Positions 11,400-24,950 of a DNA stretch of 64,000 nucleotides are shown in pieces. A model generated the notes under the pieces. That model was not told where the DNA came from, searched no databases, and saw only the letters and a program-made list of their open reading frames with translations. Both the position numbers and the translations under genes were made by a program. Origin of the DNA: Blasia pusilla (taxonomy: Eukaryota); assembly GCA_050084515.1 (NCBI GenBank), contig CM114271.1:9486001-9550000 (forward strand), in the 5' to 3' direction. The first letter of the stretch is position 1; every line of letters starts with the position of its first letter.

Positions 11400-14300
11400 G
11401 CTCCCATGTGTGTTAGATACTTGTGGGTCTCTAGTTAGGTGAGTGGAAGGAGCTAGAACAACAGTCTGCAATTGAAATGGGTGAGTTAGGTGACAGAAGT
11501 AGTTAGTTGGGGTTATCATATGCTCTTAACTCAAGGTACTCTTTAACCAGGGTAACCTAGATAGAGAAAGAAAGGGTATAGTGAGGCAACCTGGTGAGCA
11601 CTCTGCTCTTAAGTCTAACCAGGGGATAGGTCAGCTGTAGTTAGACTAACAAGAGTTAAATTAACCATAGTTAGAATAACCGTACTTACTTTAGTTGTAG
11701 TTAAGTCAACCTTGGTTGGATTGAGTGTATGTAGGGTTAGCCAATGGCCAAGATAATCAGTGTTAAGAAAGTGATTGATGAATGGGACACCTCTCCGTAG
11801 CACTTATCAAATTCTACTAGGAAGGCTTGACTTAGGGAAGGTTTTTAGTGGAGTTATAAGGCCACTCTAAACTGGTAGGTCTACTAAAGCGGTGGCTAAG
11901 TTAGGGGAAGTTTTAGAGGGGACTTACTAGCCATTAGAGTGAGGTTAGAATAGTGTCAATAGGAAAGTGTCGAGGCCTGAAGTTCGAGGGGCACATGACA
12001 GCTTGGAGCTATGGTGGCCACCATAGAGGGGAGAATCATATGTTGATGGTTGGAGCTTGGCTGATCGGTTTGGTGATTGAATAGGCTTGTTAGAAAGGTC
12101 TTTGGATGCTCTTCAAGATGCTACATTTGAATCAAGATATTGGATGCTAGGCTAGAATTCTCAAGGAAGATTAGAAAGGCAAGGAATTTGGATTTTTGGA
12201 AAACAGGAGGGCAGGCTATTCGAGGGCTGCTACCTAGAGCACTAGTGAGCCAAATCTTGATCTGATTGATGGTATGGCTTTGCCTTGAGATGGTCTACAC
12301 TATGGAGATCACCCACAAGAATTTTCATCAAGTAATGAGGAGCATAGGATACTCCACGAGGGCTGAGCTTGGGAAGCTATGGTGACAGAAAAGTGGACAA
12401 CTAGGTAGGTTGATTTCAAGGGCTTGGGTGGACCAAAGGTGGTGCAAGAGAAAGGCCCAATAGCAGGTTGTCCAAGAACAAGTCAAGAAGATTGTACAAG
12501 GTGATAATGCAACCAGGTCACTCCATTGACCTCGAGCCTAGAGGAGCCAAGGGAGATGGTTTAGGAACCAGGGAGTCTCCTGGGTATCCAATGAAGGAGA
12601 TGGAGTGCTTGATTGCCGTTGTAGAGGAGGGTTCGAACCAAGGAGGTGGATCTGATTGTTAGGACCAAGAAATGAAGAATAAGGGGCTAAGAAGAGGTCA
12701 ATGGAGGCTGAGCTCAAATGCTTGGACTCTTTTGGGCTAGAAGCTTACTCATGGAAGCCTAGAGGACCTCATTTGAAGGCCAAAAAGCTTGAGAATCCAA
12801 GGGAGAGATCTATGGAGCTGAGAGGATCCAAGGAGGGATTTCTGGAAGATTTGTGCATGTGGAGCTAAGTGGAGGTGTGAACTGAGGGCAGGGCTCGAAC
12901 CAGCTTGAGAAGAAGAAAGCATGGGAAAAATATAGAGGTAGATCTTACCTTCAAGCATGTCCAAGAGACAAGTCGAGCCTATGCTATCAATGTTGCTCAA
13001 GAGGTTTTAGTTAGGGCAGGTTCAGAAGTAGATGAGGTAGAAATTTCATGCAGTAGATGCCTTGGAGTAGATGCTTAGGGGGAGGTAGATTTGTAGGAAG
13101 GTAGAAGACAATAATTCCAGAGAAGCTCAAGTAAGTAGAGGGCTCTCAACTTCACTTATAAGTGCTCAGCTTGGTTTAGTAGAGGTGCGGTAAGAGGAGA
13201 GGAAGAGAGGAAGAGAGGAGAGAGGAAACTACCTTCAACAGAAATAGATACTTTTTTTTAAGAGAGTTTCCTATGATTTGAAGAGAGTTTCCGTTGGGTT
13301 GAAGAGAGGAAAAATTTTGTGTGAATCCTCTCTTCCTCTCTCCTGCCAGAATACCAGCCCCCGCTTTAGTAGAGGGGGCATACATGATGTTGGCTAGTAG
13401 ACACTTGATCTATTGAGCCAAGCTAACCAGCAGAGTATGTGCTCCCAGATCTAGGTAGTGTGTAGTGTGCTTGAAGGGGTTGAGACTAAGAAGGTATCCC
13501 ATGTACTAGATGGCTTTGTGATATACATAAAGTAGCCCTTTCGAATGATTTCACTCCACTGCCTTGTATCTGAGTTTGTGCATGATTGAGTGATGAGTTG
13601 GAGGGCTTGATGAAATGAGATTCTTGGAGCTGGTTCAACTAATCATTCAAAAGTGTAGTGAGTGGACAATAGGCTATACTAGTAGAGGAGAGGCAAGCTT
13701 AGGTTCCAAGATTGTGCTCCTCCAAGGTGTGCTTTGAAAGCTTGTTGTTCTGCCCACCTGAGTATGGCCTTTGACACCAATCATTGATTACTTCCAAGGT
13801 ATGACAACCTGGACTTCCAGGTCTGGTAAGTGATAAGAGATTAGTGAGTGGAGAAAGAGGGTCATGCTTGAGCTTCACTAGAGGTAGAAGACCATGGGCT
13901 CAGCCTGTCAAGTCTCATACTACCTGAACAAGGAGGGAGAACAAAGGACCAGCAAGGTAAGAAGAAGGGATGTGGGTGTTGGTTTGAGCAAATAGAGAGT
14001 TGCAGCCCTTTCAGGCTACCCCGGGGGTGGATGATTATACTAGACACCGTATTGGATGGCCTTATGTTGTTTTAGTAGTCTCTAGTTGTGAGCCTTGAGT
14101 AGGTGTGCTGGTTGGATTGCCACTGGTCACTCTATCTAAGGACTCAAAACTATATCCAAGCTCTCACTAGATACTCGGTGAGGAGCAAAAGGTGATTGCA
14201 CTACTTGATGAGTTAGGAATTGTGTGTGCTTTAGAGGATTTCCTTGGTACATTCAACTAGTCCAAGGCAGCACATTGGAGGACCTTATGCTGCCTTAGTC

Positions 14301-14630
14301 ATTCTTGACTGTGATTTCTAAATAGAGTATGCTTGTTGGGTTCCACTGGCCACCCCACTCAAAGCATTCAAGAGAATGGAAGGAGTTTTGGTTAGTGTGG
14401 TGAGGATAGGATTGTGATACTGAAGTGGAGATTGTTTCTCCAGCCTCTTAAGGTAAAGAGGTGGGATTTAAAGTTGTTAAGGAGTACATCATAGAGTTCT
14501 GATCTTTTTGCCTTGCCCTAAGCTCTTACATGGGACCAAACTGGTGGAAATAGCAATATTTTCACTTGGGTTGTGTGATGGCCATGTATTACCTACTATG
14601 ATAGGGTTGCAGGCTTCCCTCAACTTGGGG
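11400..14630. other. Unclassified, strongly CpG-depleted insert (probably an old TE) in the copy B promoter array
   Basis: Palindrome arrays stop at ~11390 and resume at ~14650. The sequence between is absent from A and C and has no long ORF or recognisable motif. Confidence 0.5.
13182..13362. mobile_element. 181-bp non-autonomous miniature of the MULE family
   Basis: Left end GAGGTGCGGTAAGAGGAGAGG equals the terminus of B and C. The right part ...CTCTCTCCTGCCAGAATACCAGCCCCC matches the last bases of the window (copy C). Flanks GGTTTAGTA (13173-13181) and GCTTTAGTA (13363-13371) form a 9-bp TSD with one mismatch. Confidence 0.85.
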
Positions 14631-15203
14631 TAATAGGCAAGTTACATGGGCAACCCGTCAGTTACAGATAGGTTGCACTCTTTTCTATCCCTTGGGTAAC
14701 AATGCGACAATGGATAGTTCTGAGGCAACCCCTTGCAATCCAACAGGTCACAAGGTCTACCCTGAGTTGGAAAATCCCGTAACAGTCCCCAACAATTAGT
14801 TACCTTAGCAAATGCAAGCGATGTCTTGTGTTTGATGCTAGCAAAATTGTCTCAAAAGACCATTGGTCAGCATGAAGGGGGTACCAACCCAACGGACTCT
14901 GACGGCTTCCAATTTGCATTGGGACACGAAAACAAAAACGGAACTGGGTGCTTTGCAACCCACGTCTTTGATTCCCAAATTTTGCAACCCATCGGACTCT
15001 GACAGGTTGCAACAGAATTGAATCCATCATGTCAGACAATCTCACCTACCAAACTTCATCTTGGTAGTCAAATTCTGTCAAGAGAATCTGAGTCCCTATT
15101 CACTATAAATTGAACATTCTCATTCTCATTCTCATTCTCATACCCATTCCCATTCTTATCCTCATCCTTATTCTTAGTCTCCTCCCGTTGGAATCTTCTG
15201 GGA

Positions 15204-18200
15204 ATGGATAATTATGTGAAGCTCACTTGTGGGTGTCATCTAGCGGCCCTTCCTCAATCAAAAATTGTTCGACCATAAGCTCGCGAGTCTTTTATACCAG
15301 TGGATGAAATTTTCTCTCAGTTCGATTTCTTCTCCAAATTGGAACCATCTTTTTGTCCAAGGATGTTAGGGTGAACAATACGGAGGAAATAATAGGTGAG
15401 ACAATCCAGCCAGTGATTGCAGACCGTAAAGTATGGAATCTCCTACCTCTAGCAAATGGTCAATACAGAGTTTACGGCTTGCCTCTGAATTCCTCAATTT
15501 CCCAAGTAGAAGGTCGAGAATTTCCTAGTGCACCGAGCTCTACGTTTGAAACTCCTAGCTCAATAGATCTGGCATAGACTCCAACTTCACACATTCGTAA
15601 CAATGTTGTACTTCCTCAATAAATTCCTGATGTTGTCAACCTCGGTGGATTTGTCGAACACCAACCGGGCCCTCTGTCCGCCTACTCGTTCCTCTTGCCA
15701 GTATCAAGCAAAAGTTTGCTATCGTCTCTGGCCTTGAAAATATTCAAGCACATTCTTGTCGACAAGCTGCCGCCCACGTACGATGGTAATTGTATTTTTT
15801 AGTTTCCTCCACTTGCTGCTCTTGCTCAAAAGAAAGATGGAGGACGCTTGAAGGGTATGGACAGAAAGTTTGATTGTCATCAATGGTGCAGGCTTCAACG
15901 GACTAGTGCTTCAATTCCATATGGTCCCTGGATTGTCTCTCGCCGCCAATGCGTTGGAGCCTTGGAGTGTAGAAGTCCAGCATGCCCGTATCTAGAGAAA
16001 AACGGGCGGGTCAATACATTGTAATTCCCTCCCAAGAATGTAGAAACTCCATATGAGGTCGATGCCACCATACCACCGGGAGGCCATCGATGTCCTCATT
16101 GTCAGGCACCCCCTTTCTGCATTGGAGCGTGTCCTGCATACATATGTTTCATTGTCCATGAGTTGGGTTCGACGTCAGAGTACATAAGGTTGGCAATTCA
16201 TGTTGGCTCTCACGCTCATCCTATGACTGTTGCAATTCAAAGACACATTAAGGAGGATGTGGCGAAGAAAGTGGCCGAGGTCTTCAGAAACTCTCCGGGT
16301 TCAAAGCCCAGAGTGATCAAGCTAACAACAACATCACAAATTTGTGAACAATTTCTTGAAATCCCTGGACAAGGCGAGATCACGACTGCTGAGGAGAAAC
16401 AACTCTGGGAAAATCTCGCATTTCTTGCTGATCCTGAATGCTTCCGGAATTTGTTGCATCAAATACGGGTACTGGATGGAAAGACGGCCGAAATGGATGC
16501 CATTGCCAGAATCAAGGCCAACTCCAGATTTCCATTCATTCAGAGATGGCAATTCATGGGCCAGGGAGGCGAAGGATCCAGGGCCTATGTCTTCAAAATG
16601 TCAATGACAGGTCCGTCGAGTGGCCTCGATCTTATAGATCGAATGAGGGAAGGGGAAGATCTTTATGGCAGTTGGGTTAGCTTTGATATTTGCTACAGAG
16701 TGCTGAACGGATGGTTGACAATGGGTGCTCACGTTTATGACCATGTGGAGAAGGGACTCAAAACTATATTTTTCTGTGAAGTAAAAGCAAAAGACGTTGG
16801 CACTTTGAAGATGTGTTGGTTACTCTTATTGGAGGTGGTGAAGGAAAAAAAAAGGCCAGCTCCGGAAATTTATGGGTTCATGGCGGACAATGCACAACCT
16901 CAGTGGATTGCTATCAAGGAAGTGTTTTGGGATGGGGAGGTTCAACCGGAGCGAGAAAGGTCGGATACTTTCCATTGGCAACAGTCCCAGTACACCAAAT
17001 CTTGCATCAAGGAGAATAAGAGGACGGAGCATCTGACTCTACTCCAACGCTGCAAGGACAAAAAAACCTTGAAACAGGCCATGGAATACCAAGAAGAAAT
17101 TCATGGGTGGAGGAAACATGCGATTGAGGGGAAGTACAAAGAGTTATGCTCTTGGTTGAGTTGGTGGACTGTACGAATGAGACAATGGGGAAACTTCATG
17201 CGGGAGGTGAGTTCACTAATTTGTCTCGCTGAAAATTGTTTGAAGAAATGCAGCTAAAGGTGAGAAACATGGGCACTATAGGGATTTCAAACCGAAGAAA
17301 CCAAGCAAGTTGTCGGATGCGACAAGTTGCCTCCCTGAGTGTTCAACCCATTGCTTACCGACGGGTTGCCTCAGTGTGCAACCAGTCAGAACCCAACGGG
17401 TTGCAAGTCGCACGGCCAAATTTACTTGCAACCCATCGGAATCAGATGGGTTGACCGGTTTCTTGAGAGTGCAACCAGTCAGACAAGGACGGGTTGCAAG
17501 TCGCATAGCCAAATTTACTTGTAACCCGTTGAAATCCGACGGGTTGCACTAGGTGGTTCCTGGGTGTTGCAACAAGTCGGAAACCAACGGGTTACAGAGT
17601 CATTCATGGGATGCATCCGACTTGCAACCCGTCTGGTTTCGACATGTAGCTTTTTTCTTTGCTCATAGAGCTATTTTGGTTCCCTTCTCACAGTGTCGTT
17701 GTTGCAGGGATTGAACATTCATGAAAATGTCCTCTGTCCCAACACAAGTGGAGAAGAAAGTGTTCATTCCTCCTGGAGGTTGTCACAAGCATGCCAAAGA
17801 ATTTCACTTGTGGAGGCATGCCAACAAGACCAGGCAAGAGCAATGCTACAGTCTGTAGCATCCCATATCTTTCTCACAAAAGGCATAACAAAAGGAAGGG
17901 GGCCTTCGATCTACGAGCTCTATGTCAGGGCGGCTGTGAGATCTGGTGATGAGAAACTCTATGTGGAAGCCTTCAACCGGTACATAGCAGGAACTCCCCT
18001 TGAGCAAGACGTACACATTGGTGGGGATATTCGTGGGTGCATTTCAAGACGTCCCATACAGATGGTGGTAGAGCAGTCCGAGCGAGACTCGTGAAGACCA
18101 GATAAGTATCTTGACTTCAGGCAGGTGAAGAGGCAACATCAAGGAACAAATCCGTTGATTGATTTGGATGAGGAAATTGTTCCGCCCAGGTATTCGGGGA

Positions 18201-19215
18201 CCCCGGATTGCTCCCAAATTTGTGATGGAGTAACTTCTCCAAAATCACTGAATGTTTTATTTCAAAAGCCCTCCGTTGCTGGAAGTTCGCAGCATCCGAT
18301 CGCTGGGATGGTTCAACAATATGGGATTCCGATCATGGAGGTGGATTGCAACTTGAAACGGTGGCATATATCTTGGAGAACCGTGGATGTGGACCCACTT
18401 GCAGGGCAGGATTTGATGGCATTAGGAGAGCATGCGGCACTTTCCTAAATAAGAACTGTACAAGGACTGGACGACCAATGCCTGGGTTTTGGGGACTCAA
18501 AACCTTTGATAGTTTCACGAGAATTGGGGATCAATTGAAGTACTTCTTCTACCCAAATGAATCTTGCGCTTTGTGGTTGTGGAAGTCTTATCGAGCTGCC
18601 ATTGGAGCTCCGGGGAATACCCCCATGATTTGGCCCATCGTCGTAGGTACAAATTGCACTCAAGACGAAGTAGACAATCTTACAAGTGTCGGTTTCAGAC
18701 TCCTAGATGGAGAAATTTTGGAGCATATTTGCATTACAAAGACCTTCGCATTTCGTATTCAACCCAAGATTGATGTCAACATATACCCGGAGAAGGTGGA
18801 TGATCTCAATCCACTATTTCTGTTTGAGTCTAGAAATGGGGTGAAGAGAAACAGAATGTGTAGGCCAACGGTGGAGAGAGCAAAGCGAATTCCATCAGCT
18901 CGGGAGGCAAAATTGGAGATCATCGCCATGAAAGATATCCGGAGTGGCAATGGAACAAGAAGGATGTATTGGGTCAGGAACAACACTGTAAATTCTAGTG
19001 TCACAGGGGTGTATGTGGTGCACATCTGTTGCTTTCCCACATGTTCATGTGATGACTTTGTCCAAAGAGAGACAAGTGGCAAAAGGTATTACCTTTGTAA
19101 GCACATGTACTATGTGTTGCTTGTAGTTTTAAGAGAGTCGGAGGTAGGAGTAGGAATCCACCAACCAATTCTGTCCCTCAAAGAAGTGCAAAGTATTCTA
19201 AACAAACCACTTTGA
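15204..19215 (+). pseudogene. MULE transposase, copy B: two exons (15204-17206, 17708-19215); GCM-like, DDE and SWIM; several stops and frameshifts
   Basis: CVGALEC...CPHC...HVGSHAHP zinc domain. D1 WVSFDICY, D2 FMADNAQP, DxxH motif SDTFHW, E in NTSGEESVH, SWIM CSC...CKH. Phase-0 intron GAG|GTGAGT...TTGCAG|GGA. Confidence 0.88.
17305..17650. repeat. Palindrome array in the transposase intron (copy B)
   Basis: GCAACC..N..GGGTTGC units at e.g. 17378, 17428, 17471 and 17521. Confidence 0.85.
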
Positions 19216-19618
19216 GGATGCAAAATGAGGTTTTAGATTGTACTTTCATTTTTCCAGAACCTTCACTTTGAGCTTGAACTCTATTCAGCCCAAGGCAAAT
19301 GATAGAGTTTTTCCAAACATTGGATGGAAAAAGTGATTGGTTCCACAGTTATGATTCCACTGATTTTTCAGTTTTCTAAATTTTGTGCAATTTGCAACTC
19401 GCCGGACTTAGAGGGGTTGCCAAAATGTGGACGAGGAAAAAAAAACTGTGGGAGTGCTTAAGAACTGAGCATAAAAGTGCAAAACAAAATCACACAAAAA
19501 GTTTCCTCTCTTCAACCCAACGGAAACTCTCTTAAAAAAAAGTATCTCTTTCGGTTGAAGGTAGTTTCCTCTCTTCCTCTCTCCTCTCTCCTCTCTTCCT
19601 CTCCTCTTACCGCACCTC

Positions 19619-19952
19619 GACAGAGAGTAGCATGCCAAGACAGATTGAGTTCTGAAAGTAGGAAGAGTCATCTTCTTGTTGAGATCTGTGTGAGGTTCTT
19701 TGGTCTTGAGTGAAGATCTGCCTGAGCATGAATTCAATTCCATTGGAGAGAATCGAGGAAAGAAATCTTGATACTAATGGAGAGAAGAATACAATGATAA
19801 CTGACTGAATCCAAACTACATACACTTAACTACAATTATTGTAAGATAACCACCAATTTAAACTCTCTTTTTAGATAAACGTGATCCTCTTGGGGATGGA
19901 ACTCATTAAATTACCTTAAAAAGATAAATTCTTATAATTCTTGTATATTACA
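19619..19952 (+). repeat. 3' part of a Gypsy LTR (G1/G2-related; element G0), cut by MULE copy B
   Basis: Similar to 29540-29863; ends TTGTATATTACA. Confidence 0.75.
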
Positions 19953-19959
19953 ACAAGAT

Positions 19960-22853
19960 TTTGGATGATGCTTTTCCGGACAAGGACTTGTTTCAGATCA
20001 GTGAGGATAAGTTACGAAGCCCTTGGTATGAGGACAGGATTTGATTCCTCTTAACTCTTTGGTTGCCTATGCCAATGTCGGTAGAGGAGAGGGCAATGTT
20101 CTTGCATAAAGTGGGACCCTATGAGCTATGTCAAGATTTCCTCTTTAAACTAGGAGTCGACGTTGCAACAAAGCATATCATTGGTGCTTAGAATTGGATG
20201 ATGTACCGCGTGTTATTGCGGCCATGCATTTGGAAGATACAAGGGGGCATTACACCGTAAAGAACATAGTGAAAAAAGATCTTAGCCGCGTATTTCTAAT
20301 GGCCCACCATGTATCGGGATGTTGGCCAATTCATACAACAGTGCGACGCTTGTCAACGAGTTGGGAGACCCACAGCTACATCTCGCTGCCCGCTTGTCCC
20401 GATACTTCCACGAGCCCCCTTTGAGAAATGGGGAATTGACTTTGTACGACCTATTTTTGTGGAAAAATGCTAAACAAGCATAATTGGTGGAAAACGGCTC
20501 TCACACACACCACCATGGAGAACAAAATTTGCAATGAGAGAAATTGAGTGGAGGCTGGTCCTCTTCTCAATTATATAGGGTATGTTCAAGCAACCCTAAC
20601 CCTACCCTTAACCATAGTCTCGAGTTAGACTAATTGTGATTAACAAACCCTAGTTAGGATAATCATGCTTAACTGACTAACCAACATTAAGCTTCCCTAC
20701 TTCGTGTGAGTACCAAATGTAGTAGTTTAGGCGTCTCATGAGCTTGATTATAACTCAATCTTCAAATTTTTTTTGGGTACCCACCAAAATTGGTGGAAGT
20801 ATATTCTCATAGCAACCGATTATTGCACCAAAATGGTCGAAGCAGTAGCCACGCAGAAAGATGGTAGTGAAGCAATGGAAAATTTTCTATATGAAATAAT
20901 CATCACTCGGTATGGTTGCCCATTGGAGCTAGTCAGTGACTGAGAAACCCATTTTCTCAATCAAACCATTGCAGCTTTGACAGGCCACTTCTTGATCAAG
21001 CATTGGAAGATGACCCCCTACAATCCTAAAGCAAATGGTCTTACTGAGAAGTCCAATGGATTGATTTTATGAATCCTAAACCAACTAACAATGACATATT
21101 TTTTTGATTGGGACATTAAGATTCCAACTGCAATTTGGGCGTATCGAATGGCAAAAAAGATAAATGCCCAATATACCCCCTTTTTTTCTTACATACGGGG
21201 TACATCCGATGATCCCAATTGAATCGGATCTTCCTACTTATCGAGTCTTGGAAGGTGATTGTAATGAAACTACAGACCATGTTGGGTAACAAGCGTGAGG
21301 ACTTGGTGTCCTTGGTAGAGGCACAACATCTTGCACTGAAGCATATGATGAAGGTCCAAGCCGAACCGAAAAAATGCTACGATAAACATATTTGACCTCA
21401 ATCTATTAGTACAAGGGACTTGGTGTTGCTATATGATAATCACCGTTTGAAGTTTCCGTGGAAGCTTAAATTGAATTGGTTGGGACCTTACAAAGTGGTT
21501 GAGATCTTTGAAAATGGCTCCTTGTAGCTAGAAATTGAGGAGGGAGAATCATTACCGACGTCAATCAATGGCATGTATGTGCAAAGATACCACATGGTAG
21601 AAGCACACCCGAACTAAAATCTGAGGGAGGGAGTAGCTAGAGCTTCTCAACAAAGTACTTTGCTCTTAGACAAAGGAGGATAGTAACAAAGTACTTTGCT
21701 CCGACGCGAAGCATACTATAACTAAGCACTTGGCCAGATAACAAAGCGTGAAGAGGCAAGTGGCAAGGCGGTTAAGCCAAGGCGTGGCTCTCAGGCAAAG
21801 GACTGATGGCACCGCCAATGCACTTAACCCTAACCGTCACTCCAACAAGAAAAGATTATCAAGAACCAAAGCCTACAACCCCCGATTGGGCCTTTGTGTC
21901 ATTGTCATGGATACAAAGCAACCAAAAGCACAAAGTAGGCCAAAGAGAGGAGCACACAAGCGATGCCCATCTCGTCCTCGCTCCGTGCCCAAGATGTTAT
22001 TCGAAGAAGCTCTCCCCATTATGCACAGTGTCGTGAGGCCAAGTATGAAACTCAACGTTGAGTTGATTGCAGCATTGGAAGATCAGCCCCTGATGACATT
22101 TTTCCAATTGAACTAGACCCTAATATCCAGAGAATTGCTAGGGAAGTTGAGGTCCACTTGCGACATGGAGCAATTCAATTGCAAAGGGTTTGTTTCTCGA
22201 GCGCAACCCAAAAGAAGGACCGCAGATGACTGGCAAGCCACTTACCTATTTCCTGCTGCACCCGAGGTCGAGAACAATAATGAAGCACAGATTAGACACG
22301 AGGATTTGGTTGCTTTAGGTTGTGTCACCTTAGAGAGATTAGGTCAGAACGGGTATAAGGCTTCTTTGTTGTCTTTGCCTCTGTTTGCCCACTTTTGCAA
22401 GCATCTGATGACACTCTTCTTTCATGCTCGCTCTTATTATTTGAGTAACAAATTGGTGAACATGTGCTACTTGTTTTGGATGCAATAGGGAATCACAAAG
22501 CACTGGGAGTGGACTTTTCTTCTTTCCTAGAAGGACAAGTTAGGCAGATGATAGAGGTCCTACATCCAAATACTAAGTCCTTTTTTTCTCCTTTCTTGAT
22601 CCACTTGTACATACATAAGCAAGAGCTTTCTACTAACAAAGCTCTTGATTGGGTGCAACTAATGCCTGTACGCATGCTAAAGACAAGTTATGCATCGGCT
22701 TTGGGGAGTAGGGAGGTAATAGAAACGCCCCTGAGCGAAGCAATTTGGCGAAGACACCATCAAGGTTTGTCTTTGGCGTATGACAAAGAGCGTCAAGAGG
22801 TACCAAGACCAAAGCGAGTGCGGGTGGATTTAAGCTACAGTCTTCATTCTTGA
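19960..22853 (+). mobile_element. Decayed Gypsy G0 internal region: integrase remnant, PPT-like tract and extra 3' ORF
   Basis: PFEKWGIDFV, YGCPLELVSD and LNWLGPYKV remnants match the G2 integrase. ORFs 21748-22853 match the G2 extra ORF (LFFHARSYYL, SPFLIHLY). Confidence 0.8.
20458..20765. mobile_element. Small insertion in the G0 integrase, possibly a solo LTR
   Basis: ~310 bp interrupting the WGIDFV..P / ..KYILIATDY region. Begins TGTGG and ends ..TCTTCA(A), with ATTTT on both sides (right boundary ambiguous by one base). Confidence 0.45.
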
Positions 22854-22899
22854 AGACTTTTGTACTACTTTATACACAAAAATTGTCCTAACTGAATTA

Positions 22900-24950
22900 T
22901 TTTCAAAATTGGAAGTATCACATTCTCACCGGCCAAGCGTTGAAGCTCCTCACTTGAGCCCCACAGCAGCACCTATCCACCACGGAATGATATGGTTACC
23001 ATAACACTCCTCTCCATAGAAGTATCAGGAGCCGGCATGTCCCCTGCACGAACATGCCCCCCAATTAAATCTCTAAGCCAAGTGATGGCGTTGTTGAATG
23101 TTGCTAATATCGCCATCTCTCCTAGTCATCGCTCGATCATTCCACGTGTGAATTGAATGGGTAACGAGCTAAGACACCCATCACCTGATTGCCATCCTGG
23201 TGTGTAGGATGTTGACTCCTCCCAGTAATCCAGGGAAAACTCCATCGGGTACAATACTACTACTCCTCCAACCAAGACGTCATAGGAGTCAACATTGGTC
23301 ACTATCGCCTTGGCTCACACCACATAATCATTAGATGGATGACCTAGGAGAATCCTCACTACAACCTCATGTCGGGTGATAAATTACGTCATATTGACTC
23401 CACCTAAGTGGAGTCAGTATGTGGAGATCCTAAACGCTCCACATTGGCCCTCGTCAAGCCCAACCCTATAAACGCCGCTTTCCGCAACATCAAGGATTAT
23501 GCTCTTGCATCCAATAAGACGTGTTATGGACAAAACACTCTACCTCTTGGACTGTTCAAATGGAATACCTCTTCTTGATTCTCCAACAAAACAACTCCTA
23601 GGGAAACCGTAGCACGCTCTATCGTGGTTCTAGCGGGCATCTCCACCATCCTAGTAGTCGCAACCTGCCATAGATCTTAGGTGGACAGCTCGAGCATAGG
23701 CTCCAAGGGAAGTTCCACCACCTCCTCTGCAAACACCTCTGAACGTGATGCAAGAACACCAACTCCATGCTCACATAGCTAAGCCACCAGCCAAAAAACC
23801 TCTGTGGACGACCCTCCCAACATCGTAACATGGAAAGCAGAAAATCATGGGGTGCGATACATCGTAGTGGCCGTCCCCAACAACATACTCAACACGGGCT
23901 CCACCTGAGCATTTGCAATAGGATTTGTCGCACTTGCTTCTCCCATTGCCCTACATGCCTACAAACCATCAACACTTACCCTCCGAGAACTCCGATTAGG
24001 ACCCATGAATGGATTCCTTATCTCCTTGGACAACGTGAAAGACTAAGGAAGTCTGATCTATTTTTTGGCCTTCCCTCTCTACCAATCCAACTGTACATCT
24101 GCTCTACAATTAACAACAATAGCTGCCTCCATCTTTGCAGCCCCACATATCCAACCATGATCCTCCATATCTCTAGTTGCTCCATATGATGTCGATGCCG
24201 CTGATTTGGCATTGGGCAACCTCAATGCCATAGTGGCAATCTGCTACTGCAACTGTTGTATTTGAGCAACCATCCGAGCCTCACGCCCTTCGTCTTCTTC
24301 GACGCATCTAGGTGGCGGACCTCTACATCCTCCACGAGCATGGCCAAACCCCCCTCGTCGGGAAAATCCTTCTCTTGGTCCCCCAACGAGACCACTTGGT
24401 GCACGACCTTTAGGCCCACACGAAATGGCAACTCGCTTCGGTGCCTTCTCTAGCCCTCTTGAGTGTAACTTAGGATGTAAGTTGAAACATCAGGCGCATG
24501 TATGACCATACCACTGACAAGGGTCACACTGGGATACTCTTGGTGCAAATCCACCTCCTCCTCTAGGTTGAGGCATGCGTCCGATATCATGACGGGTACA
24601 ATATAGCTGGTGATGGGCTCCACCACATGCCCAACAAATAATCCTTGGTAGCTGCAATTGTTGTTGCCCTTACATATGATGGCGTAGGTCTCTGTGGCAC
24701 ATGATCGCGATGAGCTCCTTGAGCTTATAGTGCCACAATCCTTTCTCAAAATCCACGTTGTTGCACTGATGGTGCAGACAATCATAACTGCTCTCGCGCG
24801 TGATCCATGTTGCGCTCAATACACTGTGCCATCTCAAAAACATCTCTCAATGTAGGTGAGGTGCGCATCAATAGTATTGCATCCCTCACACGTCTCCTCA
24901 AGTCTTGTTCTAGTATCACGTACCATGCTTGGACAACTTGGGCTTCTATC
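22900..24950 (-). mobile_element. Decayed Gypsy gag-protease fragment (G4; same family as G3)
   Basis: Minus-strand reading VVLLENQ..VLLDARA*SLMLRKA..VTNVDSYDVLVGG..LDYWEE..PGWQSGDG is a degenerate retropepsin and parallels the G3 segment at 26800-28579. Confidence 0.6.

Larger units (their letters stand above)
8977..19618 (+). mobile_element. MULE-like transposon, copy B (interrupted on the left by copy A; carries a ~3.2-kb insert)
   Basis: Same gene order as A and C. Terminus ...CTTACCGCACCTC at 19618 abuts Gypsy LTR sequence GACAGAGAGTAG. Confidence 0.85.

Noticed and set aside
15116-15175. (ATTCTC)n as a His-Ser coding repeat
   Set aside because: Length varies among copies and it lies upstream of the conserved ATG; the frame cannot be fixed, so it is treated as a leader microsatellite.
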